A stretch of 32,000 nucleotides of DNA, taken from contig NZ_LGHJ01000019.1 of NCBI RefSeq assembly GCF_001306055.1, forward strand, positions 150,001 to 182,000, read 5' to 3'. The stretch comes from Bellilinea caldifistulae (GTDB lineage Bacteria > Chloroflexota > Anaerolineae > Anaerolineales > Anaerolineaceae). Below the pieces are notes generated by a model. The model had not been told where the DNA came from and ran no database searches. It worked only from the letters and a program-made list of their open reading frames with translations. Shown here in pieces: positions 8,493-16,831 of the stretch. How positions within the stretch are numbered: the first letter of the stretch is position 1; each line of letters opens with the position of its first letter. The position numbers were made by a program, and so were the translations under genes.

Positions 8493-8521
8493 ATTATAGC
8501 CATCCCACCCTGCTGCTGCAA
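8493..8521 (-). promoter_or_regulatory. sigma70-type promoter for the two-gene SPFH operon
   Basis: On the minus strand, TTGCAG is at 8516-8521 and TATAAT at 8493-8498, with a 17-nt spacer. Confidence 0.5.
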
Positions 8522-8644
8522 CCAGTTTTACCAAATCGTTTAGGGATGTAATCAAAAATTCATCACAATTCGGTATTGTATACGTTATTTATTTTTCTCT
8601 GGTTGCAATTTCTTGAAAATCTCGGAAATCAGGGAAAAAATCAC

Positions 8645-8672
8645 TTGTATTTTTACAGGAATGGTGTATAAA
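8645..8672 (+). promoter_or_regulatory. Promoter of flp copy 1
   Basis: TTGTAT (8645-8650), 16 nt, then TATAAA (8667-8672). It is positionally homologous to the flp copy 2 promoter. Confidence 0.45.
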
Positions 8673-8720
8673 ATAATTACATTCAAATAGTAAATCTTGA
8701 ACAGAAGGGAGGTGAGATAA

Positions 8721-8867
8721 ATGCTGTTCGCACCGAAGGAAAAAGCCCAGGGTCTGGTAGAGTATGCGTTAATTCTTGTTCTGGTAGCCGTTGTTGTGAT
8801 CGTTATTTTGGCATTGCTCGGCCCGGCCATCGGCAACATCTTCTCCAACATCATGAGAGCTATCTAG
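8721..8867 (+). CDS. flp: Flp/Fap family type IVb prepilin, copy 1 (48 aa)
   Basis: Not in the ORF track because it is under 60 aa. It follows a GGGAGGTGA SD and translates to MLFAPKEKAQGLVEYALILVLVAVVVIVILALLGPAIGNIFSNIMRAI. The Flp signature QGLVEYALIL is followed by one hydrophobic helix. Confidence 0.85.
   Translation: MLFAPKEKAQGLVEYALILVLVAVVVIVILALLGPAIGNIFSNIMRAI
8739..8856 (+). repeat. 118-nt segment identical to 9075-9192 (core of flp copy 1)
   Basis: Base-by-base comparison of the two genes shows codons 7-45 plus one base are identical. Confidence 0.9.
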
Positions 8868-8887
8868 CAACTCGCTTTTGAAAAAAA

Positions 8888-8920
8888 GATAACCCCCACA
8901 ATATGTGGGGGTTATCTTTT
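8888..8920 (+). terminator. Rho-independent terminator of flp copy 1
   Basis: GATAACCCCCAC (8888-8899), AATAT loop, GTGGGGGTTATC (8905-8916), then TTTT. It is preceded by an A7 run, so it could act in both directions. Confidence 0.8.
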
Positions 8921-8975
8921 GCCTTTTGATAAATCATTGCAGATCTCATTGTAAGGTATTTGTAATTAAGAATGC

Positions 8976-9003
8976 TTGATTTATCACATGACATGGTTAT
9001 AAT
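8976..9003 (+). promoter_or_regulatory. Promoter of flp copy 2
   Basis: TTGATT (8976-8981), 16 nt, then TATAAT (8998-9003). Confidence 0.5.
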
Positions 9004-9056
9004 AAAGTTTAGATTTGGTACTTAATAATTTACGAGCAGAAAGGAGGTGAACAGTC

Positions 9057-9203
9057 ATGTTATTCGCTCCCAAAGAAAAAGCCCAGGGTCTGGTAGAGTA
9101 TGCGTTAATTCTTGTTCTGGTAGCCGTTGTTGTGATCGTTATTTTGGCATTGCTCGGCCCGGCCATCGGCAACATCTTCTCCAACATCATGAATTCTATC
9201 TAA
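9057..9203 (+). CDS. flp: Flp/Fap family type IVb prepilin, copy 2 (48 aa)
   Basis: It follows an AAGGAGGTGA SD and translates to MLFAPKEKAQGLVEYALILVLVAVVVIVILALLGPAIGNIFSNIMNSI. It differs from copy 1 only at residues 46-47. Confidence 0.85.
   Translation: MLFAPKEKAQGLVEYALILVLVAVVVIVILALLGPAIGNIFSNIMNSI
9075..9192 (+). repeat. 118-nt segment identical to 8739-8856 (core of flp copy 2)
   Basis: As for the 8739-8856 repeat. The repeat period is 336 nt. Confidence 0.9.
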
Positions 9204-9234
9204 TTCTTCGTCGTCTTTCATTTCAGCCCTTTTT

Positions 9235-9266
9235 GATAAACCCTGTTCTGGCAGGGTTTATCATTT
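9235..9266 (+). terminator. Hairpin terminator of flp copy 2
   Basis: GATAAACCCTG (9235-9245) pairs with CAGGGTTTATC (9252-9262), followed by ATTT. The T tract is weak. Confidence 0.5.
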
Positions 9267-9317
9267 AAAAACAAACCGAACTTTCAAAAGTATTAGGATT
9301 TTTGCTCATCATAATCC

Positions 9318-9345
9318 TTGCACATTTTGATTGATATTATATAAT
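9318..9345 (+). promoter_or_regulatory. Promoter of the cpaB-tadC machinery operon
   Basis: TTGCAC (9318-9323), 16 nt, then TATAAT (9340-9345). This leaves a leader of about 120 nt before the cpaB ATG. Confidence 0.5.
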
Positions 9346-9469
9346 GGTGATATAGTCAAATGCTTTTTGGTGGTTTTATTGGCATTTTTCAGGTTCTTAA
9401 CTCCTCACACCCATTCCCAAACACTTATGCACATTTCAAAATTCATATCTCAACTCAGGAGGAATTTCC

Positions 9470-10564
9470 ATGGCCGCTAAAGGTAAAAGAGGTGGGCAAA
9501 TCATCATCCTGGTGGCTCTAATCTTGATCTTTGCAGTCGGTGCAGTCTATCTGTGGCTGCAGATGCAACAACAACAGAGCGCACAACCCCTTCCCACAGC
9601 AGAACCAGCAAAACAGATGGTACAAATCGTTATCACAACCCAGTTCATCGCCCGTGGCGAAGAGATCACCGAAGCCAAAGTGATGATGATTGACTATCCC
9701 GCTGACTCTTATGTCGAAGGCACTTTCATCCGCGACATTCAATCGGTCATTGGCAGTCGCGCCAGATATGATCTACAGCCCAGCGTTCCACTCACCAAAG
9801 CAGTTTTGATCGAACCTGCCGGTGGATCGGTGGCATCCTTTGACGTACCAAAGGATTTTGTTGCCATGCCAATCCCGGCAACCCGGTTAACTTCCGTAGA
9901 TAACTCCCTTGCACCCGGGGACCATGTCATGGTGATTGGTTGTATGTTGCTGGTGGATGTGGACACCCAGTTCCAGTCAAAATTACCCAATGAGGTCGGT
10001 GTAGTTGAGCGACCGGGCGCAGCCGGTGGTGAACAGGCCGGACCCGAACGAGCCTCGGCTGGAATTATCCCGGCGCCTGACGGAGCAACCGAAGGAAGAG
10101 CACAATTAGACCCCACCCTCAATTTACCTCTTTACATCGTGCCCTCTGAACCACAGCGGCCGCGATTGGTCTGTCAGACCGTGATCCAAGACGCTGTTGT
10201 GCTCCGAACCGGGCAGGAGTCCCAACCTCAGGTTCAACCCACCCCCATCCCGCAGGAACAACAGCAACAAGGAGCACAACCAGCACCTGTTCAGGGATTT
10301 GGCGAACCTTTCCCCATCACATTGGTGGTCAGCCCGCAGGATGCCGTTGCATTGAATTATATGCTTTTGAGTGAGGTGACCCTCAACCTGGCTCTGCGCA
10401 ACCCCACCGACACCAAACCCATCGTAACAGATGCCGTTACACAGCAGTATCTCATGGATCAAAAGAATATCCCACTTCCCGCCAAACTGCCCTACGCCAT
10501 TGAACCGCGTGTAGATAAACTCAAGATGCCGGAACTCGGCCCGACCCCCGTACCGGTTCAATAA
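9470..10564 (+). CDS. cpaB: Flp pilus assembly protein CpaB/RcpC (SAF domain), with extra inserts
   Basis: AGGAGG SD. One N-terminal TM helix is followed by a SAF-like segment (VQIVITTQFIARGEEITEAKV), then ..VAMPIP..LAPGDHVMV.. and a C-terminal ..ITLVVSPQDAVALNYM..LNLALRN, as in CpaB. Confidence 0.8.
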   Translation: MAAKGKRGGQIIILVALILIFAVGAVYLWLQMQQQQSAQPLPTAEPAKQMVQIVITTQFIARGEEITEAKVMMIDYPADSYVEGTFIRDIQSVIGSRARYDLQPSVPLTKAVLIEPAGGSVASFDVPKDFVAMPIPATRLTSVDNSLAPGDHVMVIGCMLLVDVDTQFQSKLPNEVGVVERPGAAGGEQAGPERASAGIIPAPDGATEGRAQLDPTLNLPLYIVPSEPQRPRLVCQTVIQDAVVLRTGQESQPQVQPTPIPQEQQQQGAQPAPVQGFGEPFPITLVVSPQDAVALNYMLLSEVTLNLALRNPTDTKPIVTDAVTQQYLMDQKNIPLPAKLPYAIEPRVDKLKMPELGPTPVPVQ

Positions 10565-10606
10565 GACGGAACCCCGCATGAATTACCGGTTTGGTTAGGA
10601 GAATGT

Positions 10607-11845
10607 ATGCCTGATAACGAATTAGTTCGAGTTATTATCGTAGATGATAATAGTCACACCCGCCAGGTTATTGCGGAGCTGCTCAAGTTTGATGAGCGGA
10701 TCGAAATTGTTGGATTTGCTGCCAATGGTGAGGAATCCATCCGTCTGGCACTAGAAACCAAGCCCGATGTGGCTATCATGGATATCAATATGCCGGACAT
10801 GGATGGCATCACTGCCACTGAAAGGATTCGCAAAAAAGTTCCCTTTACGCGGGTGGTCATCCTTACGGTCCAAAATGACCCGAACTACATGCGACGGGCA
10901 ATGATTGCCGGAGCGACCGACTTCCTGAGCAAACCTCCCAATGCCGATGATTTGATTACAGCCATCCTGAGAGCCGGTCAAATGGCCGCCGAGGATCGCA
11001 AGAAAGTTGCGTCCGTTTTACCGGCTTACAACATGGATACGGCTCAAGCCGGCTCCTCCCCAGTACTGCAAAAGGGAAAAATTATCACAGTCTACAGTCC
11101 TAAGGGAGGAGTCGGCTGCACCACCATTGCCACCAATGTGGCAATCGCTCTCAAAAAAGCCGATAATAAAGTGCTTATTGTGGATGGCGACCTTCAATTC
11201 GGTGATGTGGCTATCTTCCTCAACGAGCAAGGGCGAAATAGTTTATACGACCTCACCAGGCGCGCCGAGGAACTGGACCCCGAGATTGTCGAGGATGTTG
11301 TCACGACTCACAAAACATCTGGCATCCAGATTCTCGCCTGTCCACCAAGCCCTGAACTTGCCGAAACCATCACCGCTGACCAGTTCAAGATCACCTTGCA
11401 GTTTCTTCAACAAATTTACAATTTTGTCGTCGTGGACACTGCATCCTACATGACTGAGACGGTTCAGGCCGCTTTAGAGGTTTCAGATTACATCATACTG
11501 GTCACAACCCAGGATATCCCCGCTTTACGAAGTTGCAGTGTTTTCCTCTCCATCGCCAATGAATCAAAGATCATTGACCGTATCCTGTTTGTCCTCAATC
11601 GTTTCGACAATCGCTTAAAATTAACCGCAGAAACCATCAGCGAAAGGCTACACCATCCGATTATTTGCTCGATCGTGTTGGATGAAAGAAACATTCCATA
11701 CTCGGTAAATCGCGGAACACCGATTGTTATCGAAAATCCGAACTTGCTTGTAAGCCGTAATTTCCACAACCTGGTTGATCAAATCTACAAACGGATTCAA
11801 CAAGACGAAACCACTCCCGAAAGAGAAGTGATAGGGAGAAAGTAA
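10607..11845 (+). CDS. Response-regulator receiver domain fused to a CpaE/TadZ-type MinD/ParA ATPase
   Basis: 412 aa. It has an N-terminal REC domain and the deviant Walker A YSPKGGVGCTTIATNVA. Its position between cpaB and cpaF is that of CpaE/TadZ. Confidence 0.85.
   Translation: MPDNELVRVIIVDDNSHTRQVIAELLKFDERIEIVGFAANGEESIRLALETKPDVAIMDINMPDMDGITATERIRKKVPFTRVVILTVQNDPNYMRRAMIAGATDFLSKPPNADDLITAILRAGQMAAEDRKKVASVLPAYNMDTAQAGSSPVLQKGKIITVYSPKGGVGCTTIATNVAIALKKADNKVLIVDGDLQFGDVAIFLNEQGRNSLYDLTRRAEELDPEIVEDVVTTHKTSGIQILACPPSPELAETITADQFKITLQFLQQIYNFVVVDTASYMTETVQAALEVSDYIILVTTQDIPALRSCSVFLSIANESKIIDRILFVLNRFDNRLKLTAETISERLHHPIICSIVLDERNIPYSVNRGTPIVIENPNLLVSRNFHNLVDQIYKRIQQDETTPEREVIGRK
10625..10975 (+). 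other. Receiver (REC) domain with all catalytic residues
   Basis: D13-D14, D59 (codon 10781-10783), T87 and K109 sit in canonical contexts: IIVDDN, AIMDINMPDMDG, VVILTVQ and FLSKP. Confidence 0.8.
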
Positions 11846-11869
11846 AGGTAAATCAGGGGAGATTTAGCC

Positions 11870-13273
<1,404 letters not shown>

Positions 13274-13321
13274 GATACCGAAGCCATTTGGCTCAATAAG
13301 TGCCAGAAAGCAGGTGAACCT

Positions 13322-14293
13322 ATGATATTCAGCCCAACCATGGTTTTACTGATCGGAGGTGGATTTGCCTTTCTGCTGCTAATCCTCGGCATCGTCGTTT
13401 CAATAACCAGCGAACGCAGCATGGTCGAGGAACGCCTGGGACGCTATGTTGAAACCCAACAGCAGGAAATTTTAAGTGAAAAGGGACGTTCCACCCCCCT
13501 GACCGACTGGTTAAATAGGCGGGTTGAACGCTCTTCTCTGGGGGATCGAATCTCACAAGAACTCAGCCGGGCAGACATCAAATTCCGTCCCGGTGAATTC
13601 ATTGCTTTGATTGTCATCAGCATCGTCGTAATGGCAGGAGTGGGCTATGTCATTGGTCAATACAGTATCATCACCGCAATCCTTGGCGCAATCGCCGGCG
13701 CATTTTTGCCTCGCTTTTACGTAAAACGTCAACAAAATAAAAGGCTTATCCGTTTCAATGAACAACTTTCGGACATGCTCAATCTCATGGTGAACGGGCT
13801 GCGCGCCGGTTACTCCACCATGCAGGCTATGGAAGCCGTTTCCAAAGAATTACCTCCACCTATTTCAGATGAGTTTCATCGCGTAGTGCAGGAAATGCAG
13901 CTGGGTATTCCGATGGAAAAGGCTCTAGATAACCTCCTCAAACGCATTCCCTCCGATGATCTCGATCTGGTCATCACCGCTATCAACGTGCAGCGTGAGG
14001 TGGGTGGTAATTTGGCCGAAATTCTGGATACAATCTCATTTACCATCCGCGAACGGGTGAGAATCAAAGGTGAAATTCGGGTTCTCACGACCCAGGTTAT
14101 GTATTCAGGAAAATTTCTCTCCCTCCTCCCGCTTATCCTGATTGGTGTGCTTTACCTTCTTAACCGCGACTATATCATGACCTTCTTCAAACCGGAAAGC
14201 GTCCCTTGCGGCTACATTGCTTTGGGAGTGGCTGCCATTCTCATCATCTCCGGTTATTTCACAATGACTAAACTCGCCGACATTGAAGTATAG
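13322..14293 (+). CDS. tadB: Tad pilus platform protein TadB (T2SS F family)
   Basis: 323 aa. It has an N-terminal TM helix, a central cytoplasmic T2SSF-like domain (..LSDMLNLMVNGLRAGYS..) and C-terminal TM helices. Confidence 0.85.
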   Translation: MIFSPTMVLLIGGGFAFLLLILGIVVSITSERSMVEERLGRYVETQQQEILSEKGRSTPLTDWLNRRVERSSLGDRISQELSRADIKFRPGEFIALIVISIVVMAGVGYVIGQYSIITAILGAIAGAFLPRFYVKRQQNKRLIRFNEQLSDMLNLMVNGLRAGYSTMQAMEAVSKELPPPISDEFHRVVQEMQLGIPMEKALDNLLKRIPSDDLDLVITAINVQREVGGNLAEILDTISFTIRERVRIKGEIRVLTTQVMYSGKFLSLLPLILIGVLYLLNRDYIMTFFKPESVPCGYIALGVAAILIISGYFTMTKLADIEV

Positions 14294-14314
14294 GCTTAAA
14301 CAAAGGAGGCTGAA

Positions 14315-15265
14315 ATGTGGATTTTATTCGTTGTCGGTGGTTTGGTAATTCTTGCAGCGATCATCTTAACCGTCATCGGTCTTCGCAACCCCGAATTGGC
14401 AAACGAACGCGCGCTTCAAGCCCGTCTCGAAGAATTTAGCCGCACCGGCGAACAGGTAGACCTGCGAAAATTAGAACTCTCCCAGCCATTTACTCAACGG
14501 GTAATTTATCCCATGGCGCGTAAAATGGGTGAACTGGCGATAAAATTCACCCCTCAAAACGCCATCAATTCCATCAACCGCAAACTGGAGCTGGCAGGCA
14601 GCCCTGCTAACATTGATGCAACCATGATCCTTGCCCTGCAAGCGGTTTGTGCGGTCATTTTTGGCGGGCTTGTCGTTCTGGTGTTCACGGTTGGAGCGAC
14701 CAAATGGCCGTTTGGCCGCGTGTTATTATTCGCAGGGTTGTTTGGCGGTTTGGGTTACATGTTCCCCCAATTATGGCTCTCCAGCAAAATCTCCCGCCGT
14801 CAAAAAGAAATCCGCAAAGCGATGCCGGATGCGCTTGACCTGTTGACCATTTGTGTTGAGGCGGGTCTGGGCTTTGACGCCGCCATGTCCAAAGTCAGTG
14901 AAAAATGGGAATCTCAACTTTCTTTCGCTTTTGCCCGCACGATTCAGGAAATTCAGTTGGGTAAAGTCCGCCGTGAAGCCCTGCGGGATATGGCTGAACG
15001 CATCGGCATTCCTGAAATGACCAGTTTTGTTGCCGCTGTTATTCAATCCGAGCAATTAGGCGTTAGTCTGGCAAAAGTGTTGCGCATTCAATCCGATCAG
15101 ATGCGAGTCAAACGCCGCCAGCGGGCTGAAGAAGAAGCCCATAAAGCACCGCTTAAAATGCTTATTCCGATGGCGCTTCTCATCTTCCCCTCATTAATGA
15201 TCGTTCTGCTAACACCAGCCGCGCTTCGTTTGTTCCAGTCAGCCCTTGGCGGAATGTTTCAATAA
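14315..15265 (+). CDS. tadC: Tad pilus platform protein TadC (T2SS F family)
   Basis: 316 aa with an AAGGAGG SD. ..MPDALDLLTICVEAGLGFDAAM.. is typical of TadC/T2SSF. Confidence 0.85.
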   Translation: MWILFVVGGLVILAAIILTVIGLRNPELANERALQARLEEFSRTGEQVDLRKLELSQPFTQRVIYPMARKMGELAIKFTPQNAINSINRKLELAGSPANIDATMILALQAVCAVIFGGLVVLVFTVGATKWPFGRVLLFAGLFGGLGYMFPQLWLSSKISRRQKEIRKAMPDALDLLTICVEAGLGFDAAMSKVSEKWESQLSFAFARTIQEIQLGKVRREALRDMAERIGIPEMTSFVAAVIQSEQLGVSLAKVLRIQSDQMRVKRRQRAEEEAHKAPLKMLIPMALLIFPSLMIVLLTPAALRLFQSALGGMFQ

Positions 15266-15329
15266 CCGCCATAAAAATTCAACGCCACAACCTATTAACT
15301 CACAGGCTCAAAATCAGGCCTGGTAAACC

Positions 15330-16067
15330 ATGCACACCTTAACCAAAGCTTCTCCGTTATTCGCAATCCAAAATTTCTTCTGGATTGCAATGGACTGGCT
15401 GTACCCTCCTTCCTGTGCTGCTTGCGGTAAAAAAGGTGAACGCTTATGCACTTCGTGCCAACAACAAATCATCCCGATTGATCATCAACAGGCCTGCCCG
15501 CTCTGTGATCTGCCGGCTGTCGGTCATCTGTGTCCCGACTGTCAGTCTCAGAAGCCATCATTTGATCTGCTGCGTTCCTATGGTGTTTATGAAGGCGCCC
15601 TGAGACAAAGCATTCACGAGTTAAAGTACGAGAACGATTTGGCGCTGGCAGACACGCTTTGCCACTTGCTCATCTCGCTCTATAAACAACAAAATTGGAC
15701 AATTGATTTGATTTGCCCCGTCCCGCTCAGCCCCCAACGGCTGCGAGAAAGAGGTTACAATCAATCCGCCTTGCTGGCTCAATTGCTTGCCTGGGCAGTT
15801 TCAACCCCTTTCAACAATAAAGCCCTGATCCGCATCCGAGAAACCCGCAGTCAGGTAGGATTGAATGCCGAACAAAGACGCATTAACGTCAAAAACGCCT
15901 TTGCAGCCCGGTCTAAAATCGTTCAACACAAAGCCATCTTGCTGGTTGATGATATTGCTACCACCAGCGCCACCCTTTCAGCCTGTGCCGAAGCCTTAAA
16001 AGCCGCCGGCGCCGAAAAAGTATACGCACTCACACTCGCCCGTACTGTTCACCTCGATTCAAGTTGA
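15330..16067 (+). CDS. comFC: ComF family protein (ComFC-type phosphoribosyltransferase-fold competence protein)
   Basis: An N-terminal double CxxC zinc-finger region (CAACG..CTSC, CPLC..CPDC) is followed by the PRT motif ILLVDDIATTSATL. The start codon is uncertain because there is no clear SD. Confidence 0.8.
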   Translation: MHTLTKASPLFAIQNFFWIAMDWLYPPSCAACGKKGERLCTSCQQQIIPIDHQQACPLCDLPAVGHLCPDCQSQKPSFDLLRSYGVYEGALRQSIHELKYENDLALADTLCHLLISLYKQQNWTIDLICPVPLSPQRLRERGYNQSALLAQLLAWAVSTPFNNKALIRIRETRSQVGLNAEQRRINVKNAFAARSKIVQHKAILLVDDIATTSATLSACAEALKAAGAEKVYALTLARTVHLDSS

Positions 16068-16075
16068 GGTATACT
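16048..16075 (+). promoter_or_regulatory. Possible internal promoter for hpf
   Basis: TTCACC (16048-16053), 16 nt, then TATACT (16070-16075), at the 3' end of comFC. Confidence 0.3.
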
Positions 16076-16134
16076 AAGAGAAAATCCCGGTTCGCTAATT
16101 TGCCTTACCCCAATCTTACCCTCAGGAGGAAGGA

Positions 16135-16707
16135 ATGACACCCCAAATTGAAGTATTTACACGTAATCTGGAACTGACTGATCGCCTTCGGGATTATGTC
16201 ACTAAAAAAGTTTCCAAATTAAACAAATTGATCAATGATGTTGAAGATACCCGCGTAGATCTTTCCTATGTAAAATCGGCAAGAAGCGCCTCTGACCGAC
16301 AGGTTGCACAAATTACCATTCGGGGCAAGGGTTTCATTTTACGCTCAGAAGAGCGGGCAGACGACCTTTTTGCGGCGATTGACGAAGCCGTTGATAAAAT
16401 GCAGCGCCAGATTTCCCGCTTCAAAGGAAAGCGACAACGGGGACGCGGGGACGGCACCCCGGCTTCAGAGGTCGCCCGCGAACCGGTTGCCGAAGAAACC
16501 CCAACCGACATTGAGGAAATGCCCATCATTGCCCGCCGCAAAACATTTTCGCTGGTTCCCATGGACGAAATGGAAGCCATCGAGCAAATGAAACTGCTCG
16601 GACATGAAGACTTCTTCGTCTTTTACAATGCGAACACCAACGCCATTAATGTGCTTTATACCCGCCGTGATGGTACGTATGGTCTGATCGAACCAAAATT
16701 GGGTTAA
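16135..16707 (+). CDS. hpf: Ribosome hibernation promoting factor, long form
   Basis: 190 aa with an AGGAGG SD. The N-terminal sigma-54-modulation/RaiA fold (..TDRLRDYV.KK..KL..) is joined by a linker to a C-terminal dimerisation domain (..FFVFYNANTNAINVLYTRRDGTYGLIEP). Confidence 0.9.
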   Translation: MTPQIEVFTRNLELTDRLRDYVTKKVSKLNKLINDVEDTRVDLSYVKSARSASDRQVAQITIRGKGFILRSEERADDLFAAIDEAVDKMQRQISRFKGKRQRGRGDGTPASEVAREPVAEETPTDIEEMPIIARRKTFSLVPMDEMEAIEQMKLLGHEDFFVFYNANTNAINVLYTRRDGTYGLIEPKLG

Positions 16708-16727
16708 TCGCATACCTTAACTTCCTA

Positions 16728-16759
16728 TCACACCCCCCGATGGGGGTGTGATTTTTTTT
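16728..16759 (+). terminator. Strong rho-independent terminator after hpf
   Basis: TCACACCCCC (16728-16737), CGAT loop, GGGGGTGTGA (16742-16751), then T8. Confidence 0.85.
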
Positions 16760-16761
16760 AC

Positions 16762-16790
16762 TTGCCACTCCCGCTTCTGTGCGCTATAAT
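16762..16790 (+). promoter_or_regulatory. sigma70-type promoter of the efp operon
   Basis: TTGCCA (16762-16767), 17 nt, then TATAAT (16785-16790). Confidence 0.55.
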
Positions 16791-16831
16791 CTAGCCGTTC
16801 TGAATCTATATTGAAGGTAAGGAAAGATTAT

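Noticed and set aside
8585-9190. Two minus-strand ORFs in the track (8585-8854 and 8984-9190) share the N-terminus MMLEKMLPMAGPSNAKITITTTATRTRINAYSTRPWAFS.
   Set aside because: They are the antisense shadow of the duplicated flp genes. The plus strand has strong SDs, promoters, terminators and a textbook Flp motif, while the minus-strand products are low-complexity and lack SDs.
8645-9266. The repeated flp units could be mistaken for a CRISPR-like or mobile repeat.
   Set aside because: There are only two copies, each a complete promoter-gene-terminator unit encoding a pilin. There is no spacer/repeat periodicity, no cas genes and no transposase.
9360-9518. A small plus-strand ORF (MLFGGFIGIFQVL.., 52 aa) sits in the cpaB leader and starts with MLF like the pilins.
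   Set aside because: It has no Flp G/EY motif and no convincing SD. It begins at about the predicted TSS and runs out of frame into cpaB, so the resemblance is probably chance.
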